This document shows, piece by piece, positions 49,870 to 62,112 of a DNA stretch of 64,000 bases (the first letter of the stretch is position 1; each line of letters starts with the position of its first letter). Source of the stretch: Macrostomum hystrix (Eukaryota > Animalia > Platyhelminthes); the NCBI GenBank assembly GCA_950097015.1, contig CATNEN010000012.1, forward strand, positions 2,976,001 to 3,040,000, written 5' to 3'. The notes under the pieces are model-generated. The model made no database searches and was not told the origin of the DNA. It was given only the letters and a program-made list of their open reading frames with translations. Both the position numbers and the translations under genes were made by a program.

Positions 49870-50120
49870 AACAGCACAGCCGCAGCTAATGTGCAGGGCA
49901 TCTGAAGGCTGTGTACAGCTGTTCAGTCCATGGACTGGGGGGACACCACATACCCTCAATTATCCCAGCTGATGCTGGTACCCATTTAATGGCTGGGTGA
50001 ACTGAAGCAATGCAAAGTTAAGTGTCTTGCTAAAGGACACAAATAGTTCTAGTAGAGTTGGGAATCGAACCCCCGACCTTCAAGTTGTGAGTCCGACGCT
50101 CTAACCACTAGGCTACAACC
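49870..50120 (-). mobile_element. tRNA-derived SINE, family A copy 2 (most complete)
   Basis: Reverse: GGTTGTAGCCTAGTGGTTAGAGCG..GGTTCGATTCCC then GTGTCCTTTAGCAAGACACTTAAC..CACCCAGCCATTAAATGGGTACC. Confidence 0.88.
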
Positions 50121-50128
50121 TCTTAGAA

Positions 50129-50553
50129 TCATCTTACAACTTCATCATCCACTTTGAATGTAGGATACTTCATCATCTAGCCAATCAGCATGCTTTAAAG
50201 TTTGGTCAGTTTGTCATCTACTAATAACAAGCATTGTAGTCTATAGACTCAATTAACAGATGCTTCTGTGTACATGTACAAGTATATGTCAAAATGAAGC
50301 TGAAGTGAGACTGTCCCCTCCTCCTTTCTCATTCTAGACTTGGGACCAGACAATGGCAGAGTTCCGACCACAAAGTTGAAAGATAGGTGCCAACACAATG
50401 TGGGGAGGGGTGTTTCTGTTCTAACTTTGAAAACTTTTATTTTATAGATGACGAAGTATCCACAAGTCTAAGTCACTTCGTCATCTACCCTCTGAGATAT
50501 TGGATAGATGTCATCTTAATGACAAAGTTGTAAGATGACAGTGTCCAGGGACC
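50129..50553. mobile_element. MITE family B copy 2 (reverse, one end eroded)
   Basis: Arms are colinear in reverse with 47032-47210 and 47837-47975; ends GTGTCCAGGGACC. Confidence 0.8.
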
Positions 50554-51849
50554 AAATATAGCATGTATTAGAGATAAAACAAATATTCAGTAAAATTGGT
50601 GCAAAAGTTTATTCTAATAACATCACAAAATGGTGCATGTTGGACAATAGTAGTAGTAGTAGTAGTAGTAATAGTAGTAGTAGACCTGGCTCAGGTAGAG
50701 TACCCATTAGGCCAGTAATGACAAGTATATTTGAAAAGTATGCACAATATAACTTATATTTATGTATTGTGGTGTTATGTATAGACAATATTAGGCCTAT
50801 AAATAATTTTGAATATTAAATCCTACATTGTAAATACAACATGCTAATTCTACATCAGTTTTGTTATAGCTTTAGAGACTGCTAAAGTTCATATGGTCTT
50901 TAAGTTGTCATTTTATCAGTGTACTGATACAACATGTAATATGCAAATAAGCCAAGAATTCTAGTTACTGTTTCCAGAGCAATGTGTCATTGTGGAAATG
51001 TTTTTGCTGTAGCAATTTTGTGCTTAGCAGTTCATTCTAGCAATATGCCAGTTGTGACTAGGCCTAGGCCTATGTCTTGAGATTAAAAAATACTGAAGGT
51101 GCTAAAACTTTATATTTTAGTGACAATGTCACAGTAGTCGTCTGCTCAGTTCCACTCTACCCCACCCCAACTCTAATTGGTTGCTCGCAAAATATGCTCT
51201 CAGTGGGGTGCTTTTTGCAGGAGTTTTAAATAGATGAAAAAATAGCCTAGTACTAAAAAGCAAAGGCATCCAAGTGCCCAGCAACTGATTAGGATTAGCA
51301 TGAATCAACATTCATCACTGAGGCAGTCTAGGCCAGTCTAGGCTAGCCACTGGATATGATTAGAATTTGGCCTAATTTTAAAAAAGCCTATATCAAAGTA
51401 AAAAGTTCTTATTATTAGCTTCCCTATCAAAACTAATCATAGCTAGCTCTAAGGCAAAAAAGTTTCATATTTTTTACATATTACATATATAAAAATAGCA
51501 TGAAACCATATCATTTTAAGTGTGTGATCAAAAGTTTATATGAATAAAAAATTGGTGAATTTTTGTCGGGGTAGAACTTGGCCATATGTGAAGCCAAGAG
51601 CATAACTGTAGCTATTGTCTAGTGAGAATAACTGATTTATGTTTTTTTACAATCCCACTTTTCCTATGTCTTATATTTGAAACTAAATTACACAATTAAC
51701 TATTATTAACCATTATGTTGTATTACGAAATGATAATCACCAAAAAATTTAAATTGATTGGTATATCTAAACAATTTTGTGGTTTAGCTACATATGACTG
51801 TTTAGACAACTAGGTGGTCACCATACTAACTTTTGATTTCCCCATCTGC

Positions 51850-52000
51850 TGCTAGTATTCATTTAACAGGTGGGTAAACTGAAGCAATGCTGAGTTAAGT
51901 GTCTTGCTAAATGACACAAATTGTTTTTATAAAGTCAGGTGTTGAACCCCCAAACCTTTCAGTTATGAGTCTGATGCTAAAGCTATTAAGCTTGTAAAGA
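51850..52000 (-). mobile_element. SINE family A copy 3 (degenerate)
   Basis: GGGTAAACTGAAGCAATGC..AAGTGTCTTGCTAA matches 49990-50040. Confidence 0.7.
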
Positions 52001-52197
52001 CAAGCACATTCAATCTAATATTGATATACAAGCAGAAAAAATCCAATTGTTAAAAAGCTACAACCAAAAATAGAAAATATTTTTTCTGGCCTAACATTGA
52101 ACTTTAGCTCAGTCTATGAAATGAAATAATATTGACAAAATTACATCTTTTTACCCCGATTTCCAGTACTAATCAATCGTACAATCTAGAGACAGCC

Positions 52198-52698
52198 ATG
52201 CCCGTGTTTGTATCGCTGCCAACTGGTGACAAAGTCACCAAGCAAGTCGCCGAAGCTGACACCGTAGCCGATCTTAAAGCCTGGGCCAGCGAACAGTGCG
52301 GCGCCTCGCCCCTGAGCCTAGCCGTGTTCGCCAACTCTGGCGATGCCCTGCCCGATGATGCCCGCATCGCAGAGGTGAGTTGCTTGACGTCTTCTGCAAT
52401 AGCAACAACCCGCTGTATAACTAAAACAATGCTCTATAAAATGCTAACATTCTTGTCAATCTAGGTTGCCACTGACGGCGCCGCCCTGGACGTGCAGCCG
52501 CTGCTACCTGGCGGTAAGGTGCACGGCTCTCTAGCTCGCGCTGGCAAGGTGCGCGGCCAGACACCCAAAGTGGCCAAGCAGGAGAAGCGCAAGTCCAAGA
52601 CTGGTCGGGCTAAGCGCCGCAATCAGTATAACAAGCGCTTCGTGGCCACCGTTAATCTGCCAGGCGGCAGGCGCCGCGGACCCAACGCCAACTCTTGA
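52198..52698 (+). CDS. FAU: Ubiquitin-like FUBI - 40S ribosomal protein S30 (eS30) fusion, 136 aa
   Basis: Exons 52198-52374 and 52465-52698; LPGG|[42 protein letters not shown]. Confidence 0.97.
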
Positions 52699-52834
52699 AA
52701 GACCGGAAGAGATCTAGGACGGACACATCGGTTGATTTGATTGATAGAAAAGACACATTGCGTTTTGGATCATTTGATCATTGTTGGATGTTTGACTAAG
52801 TGGCTAAAATCTTTTTCGGTCAGTTTTGTCTTTA

Positions 52835-52840
52835 AATAAA
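52835..52840 (+). terminator. Polyadenylation signal (AATAAA cluster) of FAU
   Basis: AATAAATAAA about 140 nt after the FAU stop, followed by further AATAAA-like hexamers. Confidence 0.65.
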
Positions 52841-53109
52841 TAAAGAAAATAAAAGTAATAAAAGCCACGGTTCTGAAAGAAAGAATAAGATTTCTTTGGA
52901 TATTCAACTACATTAATACTTTAATGTTCAAAGCGGGCAACAGACAAATCGCAGAAAGTTCCAGATAGTACCATTCCCAAGACGATAACGCAACAAGCTG
53001 TGTAGATATTTTTTTTCGGGTTTAGTTTATCTACTTAGATCACACTATAAAGGTTATAAAATCTCTGTTGCAGCAGAAAGACAGGTCTGAGTTTGTTTAT
53101 CAATTTCAG

Positions 53110-56100
53110 GCAATTCGATCTGCAGCCGCTCTGCTTTTGCGGCGGCATCAGCCGTCGGTTCTGCGCCGTCTGGTGTCCTCCACTGCCAATTCGCCTCCGT
53201 TAACAACGGATATTCATCCTGGCTTGAAGCGTAAATCTTTCAATAGATTAACCGACTCGGATTTAGCCGCCTTTGAAAGCATCGTTGGCCGCGATCACGT
53301 GATTACAGAGCCGGACGATGTACTGCCCTACAATGTGGATTGGATGCGCATCTGCCGCGGTCAGGGTCAATTAGTGCTCCGACCTAGGACTACGGAGGAG
53401 GTTAGCTAGTGTTTTATTGTACTTTTCTATAGTGTTCTGGTTTTTCTCTGCTCGTCATTAATCGGCTATTTTGGCTTGATGACTTTTGGTTTGTTACTGT
53501 CTCTTTCCATCTTACATTCGCTGCAGTCTCCTTTGTTATAATTGGCTACGCATTCCCGATCTTCTGTTTGGCTACGCTTTCCCGATCTTCTGATTGGCTA
53601 CGCATTCCCGATCTTCTGTTTGGCTACGCTTTCCCGATCTTCTGATTGGCTACGCTATCCTGATCTTATTGGCTACGCATTCCCGATCTTCTGATTGGCT
53701 ACGCTATCCTGATCTTATTGGCTACGCATTCCCGATCTTCTGTTTGGCTACGCTTTCCCGATCTTCTGATTGGCTACGCTCTCCTGATCTTATTGGCTAC
53801 GCTCTCCCGATCTTCTGATTGGCGACGCTAACCTGATCTTATTGGCTACGCTTTCCCGATCTTCTGATTGGCTACGCTCTCCCGATCTTCTGTTTGGCTA
53901 CGCTATCCTGATCTTATTGGCTACGCTTTCCCGATCTTCTGATTGGCGACGCTATCCTGATCTTATTGGCTACGCTTTCCCGATCTTCTGATTGGCGACG
54001 CTATCCTGATCTTATTGGCTACGCTCTCCCGATCTTCTGTTTGGCTTCGCTTTTCCGATCTTCTGATTGGCGACGCTATCCTGATCTTATTGGCTACGCT
54101 TTCCCGATCTTCTGATTGGCGACGCTATCCTGATCTTATTGGCTACGCTCTCCCGATCTTCTGTTTGGCTTCGCTTTTCCGATCTTCTGATTGGCGACGC
54201 TATCCTGATCTTATTGGCTACGCTCTCCCGATCTTCTGTTTGGCTACGCTTTTCCGATCTTCTGATTGGCTACGCTATCCTGATCTTATTGGCTACGCTA
54301 TCCTGATCTTATTGGCTACGCTCTCCCGATCTTCTGTTTGGCTACGCTTTCCCAATCTTCTGATTGGCTACGCTATCCTGATCTTATTGGCTACGCTCTC
54401 CCGATCTTCTGTTTGGCTACGCTTTCCCAATCTTCTGATTGGCTACGCTCTCCCGATCTTCTGTTTGGCTACGCTTTTCCGATCTTCTGATTGGCTACGC
54501 TATCCTGATCTTATTGGCTACGCTCTCCCGATCTTCTGTTTCGCTACGCTTTTCCGATCTTCTGATTGGCTACGGTCTCCCGATCTTCTGTTTGGCTACG
54601 CTTTTCCGATCTTCTGATTGGCTACGCTATCCTGATCTTATTGGCTACGCTCTCCCGATCTTCTGTTTGGCTACGCTTTCCCAATCTTCTGATTGGCTAC
54701 GCTATCCTGATCTTATTGGCTACGCTCTCCCGATCTTCTGTTTGGCTACGCTTTCCCAATCTTCTGATTGGCTACGCTCTCCCGATCTTCTGTTTGGCTA
54801 CGCTTTTCCGATCTTCTGATTGGCTACGCTATCCTGATCTTATTGGCTACGCTCTCCCGATCTTCTGTTTCGCTACGCTTTTCCGATCTTCTGATTGGCT
54901 ACGGTCTCCCGATCTTCTGTTTGGCTACGCTTTCCCGATCTTCTGATTGGCTACGCTATCCTGATCTAATTGGCTACGCTCTCCCGATCTTCTGTTTGGC
55001 TACGCTTTCCCAATCTTCTGATTGGCTACGCTATCCTGATCTTATTGGCTACGCTCTCCCGATCTTCTGTTTGGCTACGCTTTCCCAATCTTCTGATTGG
55101 CTACGCTCTCCCGATCTTCTGTTTGGCTACGCTTTCCCAATCTTCTGATTGGCTACGCTCTCCCGATCTTCTGTTTGGCTACGCTTTCCCAATCTTCTGA
55201 TTGGCTACGCTCTCCCGATCTTCTGTTTGGCTACGCTTTTCCGATCTTCTGATTGGCTACGCTATCCTGATCTTATTGGCTACGCTCTCCCGATCTTCTG
55301 TTTCGCTACGCTTTTCCGATCTTCTGATTGGCTACGGTCTCCCGATCTTCTGTTTGGCTACGCTTTCCCGATCTTCTGATTGGCTACGCTATCCTGATCT
55401 AATTGGCTACGCTCTCCCGATCTTCTGTTTCGCTACGCTTTTCCGATCTTCTGATTGGCTACGCTCTCCCGATCTTCTGTTTGGCTACGCTTTCCCGATC
55501 TTCTGATTGGCTACGCTATCCTGATCTAATTGGCTACGCTCTCCCGATCTTCTGATTGGCTACGCTATCCTGATCTTATTGGCTACGCTCTCCCGATCTT
55601 CTGTTTCGCTACGCTTTTCCGATCTTCTGATTGGCTACGCTATCCTGATCTTATTGGCGGTGTGCGGTAGTTTCGTCTTTACACGTTATGCCTTTTATAT
55701 TTTACAGTTTGCGTGTCTGCGTTTACACTTTGTGCGATTTACAGTATGCCTTTACACAGTTTGTGCCCTTTATATTTTACATTTGTTACAGAAAAACGAA
55801 ATAAGCAACATCGTTCAAATTATTCAACTTAAAATTCATAGGCATTAACAATTACATACTTTACATACTTTATATACATAGCAGACAGCTGGCTTCAAGC
55901 CGCAATACAATAATGCTATGAACGTAACTGATAAAAATGTGCAAAATTATAACAAAAAGTATACAAAACTATGGAATATCTATTAAAACGTTTGTTCCAC
56001 TATATGTTCGTGCAATAGTGTTAGTAAAGTAAAAAGACGTACACAAAATATTTGTATTATATATAGTAAACTGAACGTAGGACTAGGGCAGACGAAACGA

Positions 56101-59015
56101 CCGCATCGTATATTGGCAGACGAACTAGGGGCAGACGAAACGACCGTCAACCTTATTGGCAACGCTCTCCCGATCTTCTAATTGGCTACGCTTTCCCGAT
56201 CTTATAATTTGTTACGCTTTCCCGATCTTCTTATTGGCTACACTTTCCCGATCTTATAATTTGTTACGCTTTCCCTATCGTCTTATTGGCTACGCTTTCT
56301 CGATCTTCTAATCGGCTAAATTTCCCGATCTTATAATTTGTTACGCTTTCCTGATCTTCTTATTGGCTACACTTTCCCTATCGTCTTATTGGCTACGCTC
56401 TCCCGATCTTCTAATTGGCTACGCTTTACCGATCTTATAATTTGTTACGCTTTCCCGATCTTCTTATTGGCTACACTTTCCCGATCTTATAATTTGTTAC
56501 GCTTTCCCTATCGTCTTATTGGCTACGCTTTCTCGATCTTCTAATCGGCTACACTTTCCCGATCTTATAATTTGTTACGCTTTCCCGATCTTCTAATCGG
56601 CTACACTTTCCCGATCTTATAATTTGTTACGTTTTCCTGATCTTCTTATTGGCTACACTTTCCCTATCGTCTTATTGGCTACGCTTTCTCGATCTTCTAA
56701 TTGGCTACACTTTCCCGATCTTCTTATTGGTTACGCTTTCTCGATCTTATGAATAGCTGTCTTTGGTTCTCAAAATCTCACATATCTTATTACGTGCCAA
56801 TTTTCTCACCTGTCAAAAAATGTTCACTCAAAACCAATTACAGGTAGCCGCCATTGTTCGCCTCTGCAATGAACGCCGGCTGGCTCTAGTGCCGCAGGGT
56901 GGCAACACCGGCCTAGTTGGCGGCTCTGTGCCACTATTCGACGAGATAGTCGTCTCAACTAGTCGGATGAACAGTTTGATTAGCTTGGATCCGGTCTCCG
57001 GGGTTCTGGTGGCGGAAGCCGGCTGCGTACTGGAGCAGCTTGACAAGGAAGCCGCCTCTGTCGGCCTGATGATGCCGCTGGATCTGGGCGCCAAGGGCAG
57101 CTGCCAGATTGGCGGCAATTTGGCCACCAACGCGGGCGGCCTGCGGCTGCTGCGCTATGGCAGCCTGCGGGGCACCACGCTGGGTCTGGAGGCCGTCCTA
57201 CCAACTGGCCAAGTGCTTGACTGCCTGTCGAAACTGCGCAAAGACAATACCGGCTACGATATTAAACAGCTGCTTATTGGCAGCGAGGGCACACTGGGCA
57301 TTATTACTAAGGCCGCTATTCTGTGCCCGTCTAGGCCTAAGTCTGTCCAGCTAGCCTTTCTGGGTTTGGAATCGTTTCAGGTGAGATTTTTGATGCTCAG
57401 ATTTGCATCCATCAATTTCTTCAGGGACATCATACCCCCGATTGTTCAGGGACACCATACCCCCGATTGTTCAGGGACACCATACCCCCGATTGTTCAGA
57501 CACCATACCCCCGATTGTTCAGGGACACCATACCCCCGATTGTTCAGACACCATACCCCCGATTGTTCAGGGACACCATACCCCCGATTTTTCAGAGACA
57601 CCATACCCCCGATTGTTCAGGGACACCATACCCCGATTCTTCAGACACCATACCCCCGATTGTTCAGGGACACCATACCCCCGATTGTTCAGGGACACCA
57701 TACCCCCGATTTTTCAGAGACACCATACCCCCGATTGTTCAGGGACACCATACCCCGATTCTTCAGACACCATACCCCCGATTGTTCAGGGACACCATAC
57801 CCCCGATTGTTCAGGGACACCATACCCCCGATTGTTCAGGGACACCATACCCCCGATTGTTCAGGGACACCATACCCCCGATTCTTCAGACACCATACCC
57901 CCGATTGTTCAGGGACACCATACCCCCGATTGTTCAGGGACACCATACCCCCGATTGTTCAGGGACACCATACCCCCGATTGTTCAGAGACACCATACCC
58001 CCGATTGTTCAGAGACATCATACCCCCGATTGTTCAGGGACACCATACCCCCGATTGTTCAGAGACACCATACCCCCGATTGTTCAGGGACACCATACCC
58101 CCGATTGTTCAGGCTCACCATACCCCCATTGTTCTGGGACATCATTTCTCCGATTGTTCAGGGATCATTCCCCCATTGTTCAGGGACGCCATCATTCCAA
58201 TTCAGTACATCTTCCTATTTGTCCCATTCAAGGATACTTCACCCAATTATTTAGGGACACTTTGCACTAGCACCAGCCTATTGCAGCTCAAGTAATGCAA
58301 AGCATTCAACAATCGCTAGGCCGTGCTGAACACCTACCGTCTGGCCAGACGCAGCCTCAGCGAGATTCTCTCCGCTTTCGAATTCATCGACGCCGAGTCG
58401 ATGCGGGCGGTGACGCAAAATCTAGGACTGAGCTGTCCTCTAGGTGAGCACAATTTCTACGCCCTAGCCGAAACATCCGGATCCAGCGAGGCGCACGACC
58501 GAGAGAAGCTAGACGCCTTCTTGGACTCGGTGATGTCCGCTGATGTTGGCGCCGCTGATGGCACCGTGGCCCAGGATGCTAGCCAGTTTAGCCGCCTGTG
58601 GGCACTGCGCGAGCGCATTGTTGAAGGCCTATTAGTTGACGGCTACGAGTACAAGTACGATGTTAGCCTGCCCTTAGAAGACATCTATTGCCTAGTGGAG
58701 CACATGCGAACTCGCCTAGCTGGCCGGGTCATCCGCACGGCAGGCTATGGCCATCTGGGTGACGGAAATCTGCACCTGAATTTCACTACCAAGCAGTTCA
58801 ATTCGGATGTGCTAGCTCTAATTGAGCCGCACGTATTTGATTGGGTGCGAGATAGGCGCGGCTCCGTTAGCGCTGAGCACGGCCTCGGCCTGAAGAAGAG
58901 CCAGTACATTAGGCATAGTAAATCAGATCTGGCTGTTAGGATTATGAATCATGTTAAACAACTGTTGGATCCTAATGGCATTATGAATCCCTACAAAGTC
59001 TTACCGGATGTTTGA
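53110..59015 (+). CDS. D2HGDH: D-2-hydroxyglutarate dehydrogenase, mitochondrial (FAD-linked oxidase); no genomic start Met found
   Basis: Exons 53110-53400, 56844-57380, 58320-59015, all phase 0. Motifs [115 protein letters not shown]. Confidence 0.96.
53530..56750. repeat. 23-26-bp intronic minisatellite (TTGGCTACGCTCTCCCGATCTTCTGA) interrupted by a MITE
   Basis: Arrays 53530-55658 and 56153-56750; 329-bp higher-order repeat between 54439 and 54768. Confidence 0.95.
55659..56152. mobile_element. MITE family D, GG...CC ends, 8-bp TSD TTATTGGC
   Basis: Left GGTGTGCGGTAGTTTCGTCT versus reverse of right GGTTGACGGTCGTTTCGTCT; TSD at 55651-55658 and 56153-56160. Confidence 0.8.
57420..58150. 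repeat. About 25-bp intronic minisatellite (GGGACACCATACCCCCGATTGTTCA)
   Basis: Direct repetition in D2HGDH intron 57381-58319. Confidence 0.94.
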
Positions 59016-59299
59016 CTCTAAATAACTGTGCTGCTGTCTTTTTATTTAGTTTTTTTTCTGACTTCAAAGACAGGTAATTGCCTAGCGTATGTGCAATATT
59101 CGAGCTGAGCCCTGATATGTCAAAGATCTGGGGCAAAGCAAACTAAAATGACATGCGGGTCATAGACTCAGAGAGAGAATCTAATATACGACAGTGGGTG
59201 GGATAGGTATAGATTAGATGGATGGTAGAGATGATAGACGTGAGATGAGGGATAAGACAAAAATATGAGTCAAATGAGGATGAGACATGAAAGAGATGA

Positions 59300-60380
59300 G
59301 ACACATCAGAAATAAGGCACATCAGGCATGAGGCACATCATGCATGAGGCACATCAGGCATGAGGCACATCAGAGATAAGACACATCAGGCATGAGGCAC
59401 ATGAGGCACGTCAGAGATGAGACACAGAGATGAGGCACATCAGAGATGAGGCACGTCAGAGATAAGGCACATCAGGCATGAGGCACATCAGAGATAAGAC
59501 ACATCAGGCATGAGGCACATGAGGCACGTCAGAGATGAGACACAGAGATGAGGCACATCAGAGATGAGGCACGTCAGAGATAAGGCACATCAGGCATGAG
59601 GTACATCAGAGATGAGGCACGTCAGAGATAAGGCACATCAGGCATGAGGCACATGAGGCACGTCAGAGATAAGGCACATCAGGCATGAGGCACATCAGAG
59701 ATAAGACACATCAGGCATGAGGCACATGAGGCACGTCAGAGATGAGACACAGAGATGAGGCACATCAGAGATGAGGCACGTCAGAGATAAGGCACATCAG
59801 GCATGAGGCACATCAGAGATAAGACACATCAGGCATGAGGCACATGAGGCACGTCAGAGATGAGACACAGAGATGAGGCACATCAGAGATGAGGCACGTC
59901 AGAGATAAGGCACATCAGGCATGAGGTACATCAGAGATGAGGCACGTCAGAGATAAGGCACATCAGGCATGAGGCACATGAGGCACGTCAGAGATGAGAC
60001 ACAGAGATGAGGCACATCAGAGATGAGGCACGTCAGAGATAAGGCACATCAGGCATGAGGTACATCAGAGATGAGGCACGTCAGAGATAAGGCACATCAG
60101 GCATGAGGCACATGAGGCACGTCAGAGATGAGACACAGAGATGAGACACATCAGGCATGAGGCACGTCAGAGATAAGGCACATCAGGCATGAGGTACATC
60201 AGAGATGAGGCACGTCAGAGATAAGGCACATCAGGCATGAGGCACATGAGGCACGTCAGAGATGAGACACAGAGATGAGACACATCAGGCATGAGGCACG
60301 TCAGAGATGAGACACATCAGGCATGAGGCACGTCAGAGATGAGACACATCAGGCATGAGGCACGTCAGAGATGAGACATG
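59300..60380. repeat. 16-bp-based intergenic minisatellite (GAGATGAGGCACATCA and variants)
   Basis: Direct repetition; the reverse strand shares GTCTCATCTC with the 22690/23250 arrays. Confidence 0.92.
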
Positions 60381-60854
60381 AAAGTGTTGGAAGGAGGCGT
60401 TGGCCTGCAGTTTTGAGTTTGCCGACCCATTGTCAAGATTGATTTATAATCCCTGTGTTACTAGCGTCTTTCTACCGTCCAAAATATTTTCATTATATTT
60501 TGTGATATAACTTCCAATAATTTGTGAAATCTTTGGTTTGCTTAAATGACCTTCGTTCGCGGTAAGTGACCGATTATGATACAATTTATCCATAATGATT
60601 TTTTAATGCGATTGTCCGATTGACGATTTTTAGTAAATAGATTTCCTATACATAGATTCGGAAAATTGTAACTATTTCTGTCTTAAGCGTTTTCTCTTAT
60701 ACTCGTTAACTGTCATACTGTGTCTTAATGCAGGAAATACTCGTAGTTGGGTTTTAAGCAACGATTAGAAATCACTAGATCATGGTCGCTAAACACGATT
60801 TTAGATTTACAGCTGCCAATCGCTGTCACTGTCGCCAGGTGCGCCTACAGGTTG

Positions 60855-62035
60855 TTAGGTGGCGCGCTCCACATATTCAACATTCAGCGAGATACACTTC
60901 TGGTTGCGTTCGATCAGCTTGTCAAAGCCAGCTTTCCAGTAGTTGGCATCAAACTGATTCAGGGATTTTTTGTCTGCATGAATAATCTCATCTCGATTCG
61001 TAAAAATCTTGCCGCGCATTGGCATCCTCATCGGACCGAATAAGTGAAAGTCAGCGATGACGAGGTCAGGACTGTAGGCAGGTGGTGCAACTGGTGGTGC
61101 AACCAAGCTCTTCCACCTTGGCTTTCGTCTGAGCGGCTGCGTGAGGTCGCGCATTGTCCCAAAGGTTGCGCGACCTCTCGACCTCACACCACATGCGTCA
61201 AAACACACAGTGCACATGACACTCTGCGTCCAGGCCGACTTCATTGCCTTTTGGTGAGGGTGGCAGCCTCTAGGGCCCCAATGCATTGACTGCTGCTTTG
61301 TCTGTGGCTGGAACATGGGCAGCGGTGTCTCGTTCAGCTCCTTGAATTTGATGTCGCCAATGTCATTCCAAAGCGCCAAGTTCTCCAGTAATGCACACGA
61401 GCTTTCCTGTGTTGCTGTCAGCACACGCGGAACCCACTTCGCGCAGATCTTTGAGTATCCCGCATGTTGCAGAATGCGGGACACAGGCGAATTGTGGATA
61501 CCACACACGCTCTCCATTTCACGTACACTCGCAGACGGATTATCTTTCAAATATTTAAGGACAGCAGTCGCTTTGTCTTGTCCTGTGCTCGAGCGTGGGC
61601 GGCCAGATCGAAGGGCATCAGCAGCATCAGTAACACCATCAGCAGCGAGTCGATGATGCTCGAACACTTGCGTGCGACCAAGAGCATGAACACCAACTAC
61701 AAGGCGCACCTTATTAAAGGTCTGCGTCGCTGTTTTACCCTCTCGTTGACATGCCATGATAAAGTGGCGCTGACTCTCCTTAGACCCATTATTTTTGGTC
61801 GACTCATTTCGTCACTATCACAGCTAAATAGTGTCGACATCTAAATCGTGTCTGCAGCTCTTTAAGGTTGAACCTTGCTTTATCTCTCACGTAGGCTGCG
61901 GTAGACTCGTGTGCACAAAATTCAAGGAAACATTTTTTCTCTGGCCAGGCCAGGTATAATTAGATTTTCAGCCTAATCAGACTCAATTTGTACTCAGGAC
62001 AAACAATAATCCGGAAACTTTTGCAGCACCCCTCG
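60855..62035 (-). mobile_element. Decayed mariner (Tc1/mariner) element: internally deleted transposase ORF 61757-60855 and 5' TIR
   Basis: Mariner motifs GRPRS, KWVPRVLT, PAYSPDLVIADFHLF, GFDKLIER..KCI...EYVE; TIR (TA)CGAGGGGTGCTGCAAAAGTTTCCGG at 62035-62011. No second TIR seen. Confidence 0.88.
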
Positions 62036-62112
62036 TATAAATACAAATTTCAGCAGCGATTCTGTACTTTTCAAGCCTACATTCGCCATTAAACAAGCAA
62101 ACAAATAGTAAA

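Noticed and set aside
45463-50553. One large inverted segmental duplication
   Set aside because: The order A,B,A',B' is not mirror-symmetric, and the complete copies have their own distinct TSDs, so these are independent insertions.
57381-58295. In-frame read-through of D2HGDH into a repeat-encoded tail (510-aa ORF)
   Set aside because: A canonical GT-AG intron restores the conserved enzyme; the open frame is explained by the low-complexity repeat.
60395-60435. hAT-like terminal sequence TTTGAGTTTGCCGACCC
   Set aside because: No partner TIR or TSD found; too short to support.
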